Source: Parcubacteria group bacterium
GTDB taxonomy: Bacteria > Patescibacteriota > Minisyncoccia > Minisyncoccales > UBA10102
Length of the DNA: 64,000 nt
Direction of reading: 5' to 3'
Assembly: GCA_016203945.1 (NCBI GenBank)
Contig: JACQLT010000002.1
Location: forward strand, 181,336-245,335
Part shown: positions 37,558 through 46,267 of the stretch, piece after piece
Numbering within the stretch: position 1 is the stretch's first letter
Layout: the number at the start of each line of letters is the position of its first letter
The notes under the pieces: generated by a model
Told to the model about the DNA's origin: nothing
Databases searched by the model: none
The model's input: only the letters and a program-made list of their open reading frames with translations
Position numbers and translations under genes: made by a program

Positions 37558-38388
37558 TTACCTTATAGTACAGCAGAAGAAGTTATTGTTAAAGCACTGC
37601 TCCTGTTTCTCGGACAAAACCTTCTCGAACCGTGCTTCCTGGCAGGAAATGAGAATATCCACGTCTTGTTCGGATTCTCCTGTGTCGTAGAAGTTTGCCG
37701 GAGTCACGCAGGCCTCTAGGCCCTGCCTTGCCTCTTTGAGGTTGAGAAGAATGTGTTCCCGCCAGGGTTGTTTCTGGCATTTTTGTTGGCAGCCAAAGGG
37801 GCCGTAATCTACAGCACATTGCTGGCTGCCGCAGTACTCTGCCGTCACAAAAGGAGAGGGTATTTTTTCTCCAAAAGGCGCTGCAATCATTCCGTTTGCT
37901 TGCACGGTGCTCTCGTGCGCAGCTATAATCTTTGCAACCTGGTCTTGAATTTCGGATGTTGGGCAGGGGCTTCCTGCGCACGCTGACGCTCGGCATGCGT
38001 ATATGGGAGTCGACGTGCCCTGACACTTCCCCTTCTCATCAGTCTTCCCGTCGCACTTACTCCCGACAACTTCAGGAGTACAAGAAGAGCGACACGCGTT
38101 TACATTGCATCTGTCTGGAAGCTCAAGAAGCTTGTCTACGGCGGTTTTCTGTCGAAGATAGTTAGTTCTCATAGAATGAAGCGCATTTCCAACCTGTCGC
38201 ACAAGATCTCCTGATTGCACCACGACTTCCCCAACGGGGATCTCTTTTTCTTGGCAGACGAGTTCATCCGAGAATTCTTGCGCAAGCGCTTCAGCAAGAG
38301 GCGAGGCCCGGAAAACGCCGTTGCCAAACAGAAAATATGCAAGTATTGCAAAGGAGATAGCGAAGAAAATAAGAAAAGATTGTTTCAT
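37558..38388 (-). CDS. secreted cysteine-rich protein (276 aa, about 25 Cys)
   Basis: N-terminal signal/TM MKQSFLIFFAISFAILAYFLF; numerous Cys in CxxxC/CxC patterns; ends FFCCTIR. Confidence 0.4.
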   Translation of the reverse strand: MKQSFLIFFAISFAILAYFLFGNGVFRASPLAEALAQEFSDELVCQEKEIPVGEVVVQSGDLVRQVGNALHSMRTNYLRQKTAVDKLLELPDRCNVNACRSSCTPEVVGSKCDGKTDEKGKCQGTSTPIYACRASACAGSPCPTSEIQDQVAKIIAAHESTVQANGMIAAPFGEKIPSPFVTAEYCGSQQCAVDYGPFGCQQKCQKQPWREHILLNLKEARQGLEACVTPANFYDTGESEQDVDILISCQEARFEKVLSEKQEQCFNNNFFCCTIR

Positions 38389-38400
38389 TGCGTTTTTATT

Positions 38401-38892
38401 TTATTGTATCACGCAGCCGGGCGGAAGCGGATCAAACTCTCCGCCAACCTGTTTGAAATAATTGAAGGCTTCGCCGCCTACGTAAAATACAACAGGCAGA
38501 CCACATATATCTTTAGAAGAAAACCCTTGCTCTTGAAACCACTGCATGACTTCTTGTTTTATCTGTTCTGTTTCTATGCCCCGAATTTCCACATAAAAAA
38601 TATCAGGACTTGGCAGATAAGAGATTCTGTAAGAAGTTGTTTCGTAAAGAGTCGCCGGCTCCCCGCGTATTGTTTGGAGCATGGCAGACCGCAGCGACCT
38701 TCCTTCGTTGCTTAGTTTTCCTCGTAGTTCTGCAATACGCTCTACGGTTCTGGGTGTGTTCCTGAAGACGGGGCGAACAACAGGGCTTTGTTTTGAGTAT
38801 ATTGAGTAAAAAAAGATCAAAAGGAACAATAGCCCGAGCGCCAAAGCGGTTTTCAAAAGAAGAATTTTTCTGAAACCTGAAAAATTAAACAT
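38401..38892 (-). CDS. N-terminally membrane-anchored hypothetical protein (163 aa)
   Basis: TM ILLLKTALALGLLFLLIFFYSIY then small soluble domain; 2-nt gap to next ORF. Confidence 0.35.
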   Translation of the reverse strand: MFNFSGFRKILLLKTALALGLLFLLIFFYSIYSKQSPVVRPVFRNTPRTVERIAELRGKLSNEGRSLRSAMLQTIRGEPATLYETTSYRISYLPSPDIFYVEIRGIETEQIKQEVMQWFQEQGFSSKDICGLPVVFYVGGEAFNYFKQVGGEFDPLPPGCVIQ

Positions 38893-38894
38893 AG

Positions 38895-40490
38895 TTATTC
38901 AATCCATCCCGCGCAAACCGGAACATGTTCCGTCTGTCCCCCCCCGAGCTCACAGGGATTACACGTCCAACGATTCCCGTATTGAGGATCAAGCACTTGC
39001 CAGTATTCCCATCCAGAGCAGACGTTTCCGTGGAGATCTTGTAGTCCTCTCACTCCTTTGAATTGCAATACCGGGTTTAATGTTTGTTCTGACCAAAGGG
39101 GTTCTGCTACCTGGTATCCATTTGGGTAACTGCCGGGCGGCGTATCTGGATCAGCGTCCACTCCTCCGCCAAGATCGAACTGATAAAATCCCGTTGCTGG
39201 CGGATGGGGAGAGCAGAAGTTTTGAGCTCCGGGGTTCCAGCCGCTTTCTGGCCCTATGACGTCGAGAAAAAAGATATTTGCCTCTTCTTCTGACAAACGG
39301 CTGCGTAGCTGTCCGTGGACCTCATCTTGAATTGTTTCCAAGGGAGCCCCTTCGGGATTAAACGAAGTGCCGCTTGCATAGTTTGGGGGAATAACGCTGC
39401 AAATACCATCTCCTCCTCCGCCGAACCCTTCTCCGGGAGGCCCAATAATGCGCCGATACGCGTCTTCTATAATGGTTTTATTCTGCTCTTCATCCACGTA
39501 AAACGTAAAAGGATCATTCCCCCGCGCCTCGACTGTTTTCCCAACAGCGATAAAGGGATTTATTTGGACGTTTTTGTACCCAGAATTTAACAATACCTGC
39601 TTGATTTCAAGAAAATTGTCATAGTTGACAGGGTCTGGAATTTCTTGGAGAAATTCGTTCGCGTAGAGAAGCCGCGAGCCGTCCCGGATAAATTCGGTAA
39701 ACGAACGATCTGGTTTTGACATAAAATCCGAAAACTCTTCCATTGCGTCGGCAAGTTCCAGCTTCTTCTTCTCGATTGTCCCCTGATCACATATCTGTCC
39801 TGTGCACTGAGTTGCCGGGGAACAAGATTGAGAACCGGAACATCCTCCACTGGGTTGCGCGCGAGAACAACTGCATTTTTTGGTTTCTTCTTGCAGGGCA
39901 AGCGCCGCATCCCGCACCTTCTTTGAAAGTTGCACAGTTTTATTCCCTTTTTCTTGTAAGGCATTGATGCGGCGCGGTTCAAGAGCGTCTTCAAGCAAGG
40001 TCCCCAAAGGCACTTCAAGCGCCGAAGCAGTCAGCCCTTCTTTTTCACACTGTTCCTTGCATTGATCCGTGACGGGGTTAAAGCAGTCGCACGTGTCTCT
40101 GGTTGGGATTTGAGCTATGGGTTTGTCAATCCTGAAAACAGCAAGCTGAGGGTTAATGGTGGCGAGAAGAATATAGGCTCCTAACAGAATAAGAGATCCC
40201 AGCACTCCTTCAGTAATCTGGGCCCGGGCTTCACTTCTTGCGCCAGGACTTCCTCCGGAGGCCATGTACTTGAATCCTCCGTATACGGCAGACCCCACGG
40301 CAAGAAATCCCGCGGAAATCACAGAAAAAATATATATATATCTGACAAATTCCGGCAGAGCCGGCTTTGTAGAAAGCTGGGATCCGGGAAGGGCAGGATA
40401 GTTCAGTTCAAGCCCTTGCGCAAACACTGCGGCTCCGCTAACGGTTGCTACTGCAAGCAGAAGGGTGATAAAAATAAGAAAAGTGCGCAT
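38895..40490 (-). CDS. pilin-like (VirB2-type N-terminal module) protein fused to large Cys-rich extracellular domain (531 aa)
   Basis: Start at MRTFLIFITLLLAVATVSGAAVFAQG (TAATG overlap with upstream ORF stop); GLELNYPALPG...FVRYIYIF...VYGGFKYMASGGSPGARSEARAQITEGVLGSLILLGAYILLATINPQL; downstream CDCFNPVTDQCKEQCEKEG and KKCSCSRAQPSGGCSGSQSCSPATQCTGQICDQG clusters. Confidence 0.45.
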   Translation of the reverse strand: MRTFLIFITLLLAVATVSGAAVFAQGLELNYPALPGSQLSTKPALPEFVRYIYIFSVISAGFLAVGSAVYGGFKYMASGGSPGARSEARAQITEGVLGSLILLGAYILLATINPQLAVFRIDKPIAQIPTRDTCDCFNPVTDQCKEQCEKEGLTASALEVPLGTLLEDALEPRRINALQEKGNKTVQLSKKVRDAALALQEETKKCSCSRAQPSGGCSGSQSCSPATQCTGQICDQGTIEKKKLELADAMEEFSDFMSKPDRSFTEFIRDGSRLLYANEFLQEIPDPVNYDNFLEIKQVLLNSGYKNVQINPFIAVGKTVEARGNDPFTFYVDEEQNKTIIEDAYRRIIGPPGEGFGGGGDGICSVIPPNYASGTSFNPEGAPLETIQDEVHGQLRSRLSEEEANIFFLDVIGPESGWNPGAQNFCSPHPPATGFYQFDLGGGVDADPDTPPGSYPNGYQVAEPLWSEQTLNPVLQFKGVRGLQDLHGNVCSGWEYWQVLDPQYGNRWTCNPCELGGGQTEHVPVCAGWIE

Positions 40491-40921
40491 TATGTTTGAA
40501 GCTCGGAGTATACCATAAAGGTCCAGAGGGGGAGCGCTCCTACGTAGGGGATGACTTCTCCAATAAAGGCAACAGGTCGAAGCCACTTGGACCGGCCTGC
40601 CATTTTTGCGGTTCTTGCCTCTGCTTGCGCGCCTCTCGTCTCCATTTGGGGACGACTTCCCCTGAACAGCATCCAAAGCCCTATGGTGCAGTAGGCTATA
40701 AAATCGGTAATGAAAAAATCGTCTAGCCCAAAAAGAACCAAGCCAATCCCAATGATGTCTATTATTCCTGCAATGGACATCATTATAAACCCCTCGGGAC
40801 TCAAGAGAGAGGCGCCCCCGCCTTCATCTGCCGTTTGCTCTTGGCTGCCAGTTTGGTCTTGGGGAGCTTCTTCTGTCTGCGCAGGCGCTCCTTCTTGCTC
40901 CTGTACTTCTTCGTCTGCCAT
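40490..40921 (-). CDS. small membrane protein with acidic N-terminus (143 aa)
   Basis: MADEEVQEQEGAPAQTEEAPQDQTGSQEQTADEGG then 3-4 TM; translationally coupled (TAATG) to pilin-fusion gene; first gene of minus-strand cluster. Confidence 0.4.
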   Translation of the reverse strand: MADEEVQEQEGAPAQTEEAPQDQTGSQEQTADEGGGASLLSPEGFIMMSIAGIIDIIGIGLVLFGLDDFFITDFIAYCTIGLWMLFRGSRPQMETRGAQAEARTAKMAGRSKWLRPVAFIGEVIPYVGALPLWTFMVYSELQT

Positions 40922-40940
40922 TACCCCATTGTAGATGAAA

Positions 40941-40990
40941 TCCTTAACTAAGTTAAGGATACATCACTCTATCCTTAGCTAAGCTAAGGA
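40941..40990. promoter_or_regulatory. pair of 19-bp palindromes (TCCTTAACTAAGTTAAGGA ... TCCTTAGCTAAGCTAAGGA) between ksgA 3' end and pilin-cluster start
   Basis: Perfect inverted repeats at 40941-40959 and 40972-40990; first followed by ATACAT as at 52933-52954; candidate operator and/or ksgA terminator. Confidence 0.4.
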
Positions 40991-41831
40991 AATTGGAGGC
41001 GAGGCGGGTCCAGTCGGGGATGGAGAGGGTTTCGGCGCGCTGGGTGGGCGAGATGGAGCTTCTGGCGAGAAGGTGGGTCGCCTGTTCTTTGGAAAGCCTC
41101 AGGCCTTCTTTTACATTATTCAAAAGCTGTTTTCTCGGGTGCAAGAATCCCGCTTTGACTACGCGAAAGAACGATGCAGGGTCAATGCCTGATTTTTTCT
41201 CAAAAGGCACTATTTTAATAATTCCGGCATCCACTTTGGGCGGCGGCCAAAAAGACCCTTTTTTGATGGTTCCTACGAATTTTGGCTGGGCATAAAACTG
41301 CACAGATACCGCAAGGAGGTTCATGCGAGGCGGCTGGGCGCAGATGCGCTGGGCAACCTCTTTCTGCACCAAGAGCACCAAGAGCGAGGGAGGTCCGCCA
41401 GCTGGCGGGGTTGCCTCCAGGAACTTTCTAATGAGGGGCGAGGCAATAGCAAACGGAAGATTTGCCACCACCTTATACCCTTTCTGGAGATTGAGCCCGC
41501 TTTTCCCCAGTGGGATTATGAGCATATCTCCCTGTACGATCTTTATATTTGGATATCCTGAGAACTCTTTTCGCAGGGCCTCTACCAGATTTCTGTCTTT
41601 TTCTACCGCAACCACCTGGTTTGCAGCCAAGCTGAGCTCTCTGGTGATGGCTCCCAAGCCAGGACCTACCTCCAAGACCGTGTCTGCCCTTGAAAGCCCA
41701 GCGGCAGCTGTCATTTTGGAGGCGACCCCCATATTGATCAGGAAGTTCTGCCCAAAACGTTTTTTTGGAGCCAGTCCCTGGCTGTGCAAAATCTTCCTGG
41801 GGCTGCCTTGACGAGGGGGTTGCGATACCAT
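40953..41831 (-). CDS. rsmA: 16S rRNA (adenine1518-N6/adenine1519-N6)-dimethyltransferase
   Basis: KKRFGQNFLINMGVASKM...VLEVGPGLGAITREL SAM-binding motif and KsgA-family layout; 292 aa. Confidence 0.8.
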   Translation of the reverse strand: MVSQPPRQGSPRKILHSQGLAPKKRFGQNFLINMGVASKMTAAAGLSRADTVLEVGPGLGAITRELSLAANQVVAVEKDRNLVEALRKEFSGYPNIKIVQGDMLIIPLGKSGLNLQKGYKVVANLPFAIASPLIRKFLEATPPAGGPPSLLVLLVQKEVAQRICAQPPRMNLLAVSVQFYAQPKFVGTIKKGSFWPPPKVDAGIIKIVPFEKKSGIDPASFFRVVKAGFLHPRKQLLNNVKEGLRLSKEQATHLLARSSISPTQRAETLSIPDWTRLASNFLSLAKDRVMYP

Positions 41832-41838
41832 ATACTAT

Positions 41839-42876
41839 TTGTTGTACGCTATGAAGCCTAATTTACGGAAGTTCGTAGCTTTTTTGAAGAAATATATTAG
41901 ATTCCTTGCCCCCGGGGGAGCCATCCTCCTTCTTTTGTTTATAGGGATTGTTCTCGGGTCTCGACAGGGAGCCCTGCAGAGCAGCTTTCTGACGGCACCG
42001 GCAAGTGCAATTTCTTCTTTTTCTGCCGCCCTGGATTCGACTCGACGGGCAACCATCTTTCCGGAAAGTCCGGAACTTTTGGTATTTGAGGGCAGCACGT
42101 TGGCCGCGGCAACCCCTCCTGTTACCGTAACACCAAAGGTATTGGGTGCGATAGTGGGCACGCTTGACGGAGAGGGAGGAGCCGAAATTGCCCACTATGT
42201 CGTAGAAGAGGGAGACACCGTGGCCTCTTTAGCAGAGAAGTTTGAAATCTCCACGAACACGATCCTTTGGGCAAACGACATTCCCAAGGGCGCGGAGCTC
42301 AAGCTAAATCAAGAGCTCACCCTGCTCCCGGTTTCTGGAGTGCTTCATGCCATACGCCCAAACGAGACCCTGGGATCCATCGCATCCCTCTACCAGGTAA
42401 AGGCGCAAAAGATTGCAGCTGCCAACAATCTGGACTCGGCAGATGACATTTTCGCAGGAGACCTGCTCGTTATTCCCGGGGGCTCGCCCCTTCCTGTCAG
42501 CAGCTATATCCCTTTGGCAAACTCCTACTTCATCTATCCCATTCCAGTTCCTCACTACATCACCCAGGGCCTGCATCCTTTCAACGCCATAGACTTTAGC
42601 AATGGATCATGCGGAGAGTCGGTATTTGCGGCTGCCGGCGGCATTGTTCAAAAGATCGGCTACAGCTCCATTGGCGGAAACTATGTCCGTATCCTCCATC
42701 CCAACGGAGTCGTAACCTACTACGGCCACCTTTCCAGCATCGGGGTAAGCCCCGGGCTGCAGATTTCTCAGGGAGGGATCGTCGGATACACCGGAAACAC
42801 CGGATATACCATAGGGCCCACGGGATGCCACGTGCACTTTGAAGTACGAGGTGCAGAGAACCCGTTCAGGAGATAA
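41839..42876 (+). CDS. LysM-domain peptidoglycan metalloendopeptidase (peptidase M23 family)
   Basis: N-terminal TM; two LysM-like segments (YVVEEGDTVASLAEKFEISTNTILWANDI; HAIRPNETLGSIASLYQVKAQKIAAANNL); C-terminal M23 motifs GNYVRILHPNG...YGHLSS...GYTGNTGYTIGPTGCHVHFEV. Confidence 0.75.
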   Translation: MLYAMKPNLRKFVAFLKKYIRFLAPGGAILLLLFIGIVLGSRQGALQSSFLTAPASAISSFSAALDSTRRATIFPESPELLVFEGSTLAAATPPVTVTPKVLGAIVGTLDGEGGAEIAHYVVEEGDTVASLAEKFEISTNTILWANDIPKGAELKLNQELTLLPVSGVLHAIRPNETLGSIASLYQVKAQKIAAANNLDSADDIFAGDLLVIPGGSPLPVSSYIPLANSYFIYPIPVPHYITQGLHPFNAIDFSNGSCGESVFAAAGGIVQKIGYSSIGGNYVRILHPNGVVTYYGHLSSIGVSPGLQISQGGIVGYTGNTGYTIGPTGCHVHFEVRGAENPFRR

Positions 42877-43231
42877 TTGACATGCACCGCTCGCAGGTGC
42901 GAGCCGAAGGAATGGCAAGAAGCCGTTCTTTTTGTATCGGCTCCCCGCACTTTTCGCAGGTTCCGTATGTTCCCTTTGCTATGCGGTCCAGGGCAGACGT
43001 CACTTCCTTGAGCTTGAGTTCTAGCTCCTGCTCAACAGAGATGTTGCTTTCGTATTCCTCTACCTCGTCAGCCGCTTCTTCCTCGTTGCCTTCTGGCACG
43101 CGGGGATGCTGGGTGTCCCAGTCTCCGGGCAGCTTGGTATCTTTTTTTGCAAAGCTCGAAAGCTCCTGTTCTACAAGGGAACGCTCTTTCTCCAATACTT
43201 CTTTGAGTTGCAAGAGAAGTTCTTTATCCAT
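42866..43231 (-). CDS. TraR/DksA-family C4 zinc-finger protein
   Basis: Coiled-coil N-terminus, C-terminal GTYGTCEKCGEPIQKERLLAIPSARTCERC (CxxC-x17-CxxC DksA/TraR signature). Confidence 0.6.
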   Translation of the reverse strand: MDKELLLQLKEVLEKERSLVEQELSSFAKKDTKLPGDWDTQHPRVPEGNEEEAADEVEEYESNISVEQELELKLKEVTSALDRIAKGTYGTCEKCGEPIQKERLLAIPSARTCERCMSIIS

Positions 43232-43248
43232 ATGAATCCCACCATATC

Positions 43249-43638
43249 TTATATCCCCCGATTTTTCCAGAATGAGTACGCAAGCGCAACTATGTTGACT
43301 GCAATGAAGAGGACGAGCAGCGTAATCACAATACGCACAAAGATTTTCTTTGTCCGCGAAGGAGGCCTGGGAAGCTCCCCCCCGATAGCTTCAACAGAAA
43401 GCCTGCCTGCCGGCGAGGCAGGCCCGCCTGCAGACGCCTGCGGCTCAGGCTGCTGGCGGGCAGGCATGAGAGGGACTCTGGCCGCTTCCTGCCCGCCCTT
43501 TGGCGAGGTCTGAAGCTGGATGATTCTCTCCCGTTCTTTCTTTGATTCTTCCTCGCGAAGCCGTGCCATATCTTTTGCCATGGTGCGGATGTCTTCTCTG
43601 CGCAGAAACTCCAGTTGTTCTTTCGGCTCTTCTGGCAT
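43249..43638 (-). CDS. hypothetical protein with C-terminal TM anchor (129 aa)
   Basis: Charged N-terminus (EESKKERERIIQ), Pro/Ala-rich linker, C-terminal TM IFVRIVITLLVLFIAVNIVALAY. Confidence 0.3.
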   Translation of the reverse strand: MPEEPKEQLEFLRREDIRTMAKDMARLREEESKKERERIIQLQTSPKGGQEAARVPLMPARQQPEPQASAGGPASPAGRLSVEAIGGELPRPPSRTKKIFVRIVITLLVLFIAVNIVALAYSFWKNRGI

Positions 43639-43643
43639 AAATG

Positions 43644-45755
43644 TTATTGCGCTTGCTTAAGAGAAAGCCCTATTTTCCCCTGGTCGTCAATCTTGATGAC
43701 CTTCACCCTGATCATGTCTCCGACATGCGTCACATCCTCCACCCTTTCAACGCGTCTGGGAGCAAGCTCTGAAATATGAACCATTCCTTCCTGTCCTGGG
43801 AACAGCTCAACAAACGCTCCAAAAGCCGCGGTTTTCACGACCCGCCCCGTAAACGTTTCCCCTATCATTACCTCTCTGGTAATGTTTTTGATCCATGCAA
43901 GCGCCTTTTGGGCGGCCTCTTCTTTGGTTGCTGTTACAAACACTTCGCCGGAATCCTCAACGTCAATCTCAACCTCGCATTCCTCAATGATCCTGCGGAT
44001 CGTCTTGCCTCCGGGACCAATAAGCTCTCCGATTTTCTCTTTGTTGATCGTAAGCGTGTAAATGCGGGGTGCCCAGGGAGAAAGCTCGCTCCGCGGCGTT
44101 GCCAGCACAGGAGCCATGGCGTCTTTTAATATTTTGAGCCGCGCTTCTTTGGCCGCTTTTAAAGCTTCTGCAAAGACGCGGGACGGGATGCCTTTTGTCT
44201 TCACATCCATTTGAGCTGCGGTAATGCCTTCTGTGGTTCCCGCTACCTTGAAATCCATGTCTCCGTGGTGATCTTCGGGCCCCTGGATGTCTACCAAGAG
44301 GCGATGCTCTTTTCTCTGCTCGTCTGCGACAAGGCCGATGGAGATGCCAGCCACCGGACGCTTGATGGGAACTCCCGCGTCCATGAGGGCAAGGGATGAG
44401 GAGCACGCGGAAGCCATGGAGGTGGACCCGTTGGAAGATACCGCTTCCGTAACGATGCGTATGGTGTAGGGAAAGTCTGCGACCTCTGGAATGACCGGGA
44501 GCAGGGCTTTTTCAGCCAACATGCCGTGCCCGATCTCCCTTCTTCCAGGACCGCGCATGGGCTTTGCCTCTCCGGTAGAATATGGAGGAAAGTTGTAGTG
44601 GTGCATGAACCGTTTCTTGCCGATAAACTCCATTCCCTCCAGGAGCTTTTGGTCTCCCGGGGTTCCGAGTGTAAGAATGGAGAGCGTTTTGGTTTGTCCT
44701 CGTACAAACAGGGCAGACCCATGGGTGCGGGGAAGCAAGGAGACTTCGGCCGCCAGCTCCCTGACTTCGTTCAGGCCGCGGTCATCCACGCGTTTTCCTT
44801 CTTTCAGGATACGATTGCGCATGAGGCGATCAAGCTCTTTTTCAAAAAAATCTTTTGCGTAGTCGCTCTTGCCGGTTTTAGGATATCTGCCCTCAATAGT
44901 GGCTGCCATTTCGCGTTTCAACTCATTGACCTCGTCCATGCGAGCTTGCTTGTTCCCTTGGAACAGCGCTTGTTCCAAGCGGCTGCCAAGCAATTCTCGG
45001 ACTTCCCGTTCTATCTGGTCGTCGTGCAAGGGGTCCGGAAGCACAACCTTCTGCTTTCCGTGGTCCCGTATGATTGTTTGCTGAAGGTCCAGTATGCCGC
45101 GCAAAATAGGCGCAGCAAAGCTGAGCACTTCTTCAAATGCCTTCTCTTCTACTTCCTCTGCCGCAGCTTCAATCATGTTGACCAGCAGCTCGTCTTCCTC
45201 CGCCGGCTGGCGGACCACAGAGAACAAAAAGTCAATGTCGCTCCCCCGGCGCTCTTCATAGGTTGGATTGAGGATGAATTTTCCGCCCTTTCTTCCTACG
45301 CGCACAACTCCCAAGGGGCCTGACCACGGAGTATTAGAGATTCCAAGCGCCAGAGAAGCTCCTATGAGGCCGAGCACGTCAGGGTCATTTTCTCCGTCCC
45401 ACGAGAGACACGTGACCACCACCTGTATCTCGTTCGACAAGTGCCCGGGAAAGAGCGGGCGTATGGCGCGGTCAATAAGGCGAGCGGTGATAATGGCTTC
45501 GTCAGCAGGCCTGCCCTCTCTTCTCATATATCTGGACCCGAGAATCTTCCCTGCGGCATAGAACTTCTCTTCGTATTCCACGGTCAAAGGAAAAAAACCC
45601 AAATTTGCCCGGGGCGAAGCCATGACGGCGTTCACCATGACGAGCGTGTCTCCCATGCGGCAGAGCACGGAGCCTGAAGCCTGCTCTGCCCAGTCGCTCA
45701 CCCTGAGGCTCAACTTCTTGCCTCCTACGTCTATTTGATAATCTTTATCGGCCAT
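43644..45755 (-). CDS. pnp: polyribonucleotide nucleotidyltransferase (PNPase)
   Basis: [17 protein letters not shown]..., two RNase PH-like domains, KH (IGPGGKTIRRI) and S1 (GETFTGRVVKTAAFGAFVELFPGQEGMVHISEL) domains; 703 aa. Confidence 0.9.
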   Translation of the reverse strand: MADKDYQIDVGGKKLSLRVSDWAEQASGSVLCRMGDTLVMVNAVMASPRANLGFFPLTVEYEEKFYAAGKILGSRYMRREGRPADEAIITARLIDRAIRPLFPGHLSNEIQVVVTCLSWDGENDPDVLGLIGASLALGISNTPWSGPLGVVRVGRKGGKFILNPTYEERRGSDIDFLFSVVRQPAEEDELLVNMIEAAAEEVEEKAFEEVLSFAAPILRGILDLQQTIIRDHGKQKVVLPDPLHDDQIEREVRELLGSRLEQALFQGNKQARMDEVNELKREMAATIEGRYPKTGKSDYAKDFFEKELDRLMRNRILKEGKRVDDRGLNEVRELAAEVSLLPRTHGSALFVRGQTKTLSILTLGTPGDQKLLEGMEFIGKKRFMHHYNFPPYSTGEAKPMRGPGRREIGHGMLAEKALLPVIPEVADFPYTIRIVTEAVSSNGSTSMASACSSSLALMDAGVPIKRPVAGISIGLVADEQRKEHRLLVDIQGPEDHHGDMDFKVAGTTEGITAAQMDVKTKGIPSRVFAEALKAAKEARLKILKDAMAPVLATPRSELSPWAPRIYTLTINKEKIGELIGPGGKTIRRIIEECEVEIDVEDSGEVFVTATKEEAAQKALAWIKNITREVMIGETFTGRVVKTAAFGAFVELFPGQEGMVHISELAPRRVERVEDVTHVGDMIRVKVIKIDDQGKIGLSLKQAQ

Positions 45756-46267
45756 CGGGGCGCTTTCAACAGATATTTGTCCGGAGATCCTTCCAGGTCA
45801 ATGAATTCGTCCACCGCCTCCCTGAGTTTTGTTGAGGTGGAGCGGCCGAATGCCATGGCTTCCACGAGCTTGCCGTGGTTCTGGAGATATTCCACGAGCG
45901 GCACATAGTCCCCGTCTCCTGAAACAATGACGACTGCTTCAACGCTGTCTGAGATTTTGATTGCGTCAACCGCCAAACCAACATCCCAGTCAGCTTTCTT
46001 CAATCCGCCGTAGTACTCTTGCAGATCTTTGACCCTGGTCTCAATGCCCACTGCCGTCAGGGCGTCAAAAAACGCCCGTTCTTCTCCTGTCTTGGTGCGG
46101 ACAACGTACGCGAATGCTCGGATGAGCTTGCGGCTGCTCACCGCCATGCGAAGAATCTCCCTGAAATTTACGCGGGACTGGTAGAGGTGTTTTGCGGAGT
46201 GATAGAGATTTTGGACGTCAATGAAGACGGCAACTCTCTGCTCTTTGTTTTTTTGGGGGAGAGTCAT
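45731..46267 (-). CDS. NYN (LabA-like) domain protein
   Basis: [15 protein letters not shown] and [12 protein letters not shown]...[17 protein letters not shown] match NYN/LabA ribonuclease-fold motifs; overlaps pnp start by 25 nt and rpsO end by 4 nt. Confidence 0.6.
   Translation of the reverse strand: MTLPQKNKEQRVAVFIDVQNLYHSAKHLYQSRVNFREILRMAVSSRKLIRAFAYVVRTKTGEERAFFDALTAVGIETRVKDLQEYYGGLKKADWDVGLAVDAIKISDSVEAVVIVSGDGDYVPLVEYLQNHGKLVEAMAFGRSTSTKLREAVDEFIDLEGSPDKYLLKAPRWPIKIIK

Noticed and set aside
44526-45323. 265-aa plus-strand ORF inside pnp; 236-aa plus-strand ORF 47243-47953 inside the dehydrogenase gene; 221-aa ORF 13463-14128 inside polA; 177-aa ORF 32561-33094 inside VirB6-like gene; 170-aa ORF 24011-24523 inside dnaA
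   Set aside because: All are antisense shadows of strongly supported genes with recognisable catalytic motifs on the other strand.
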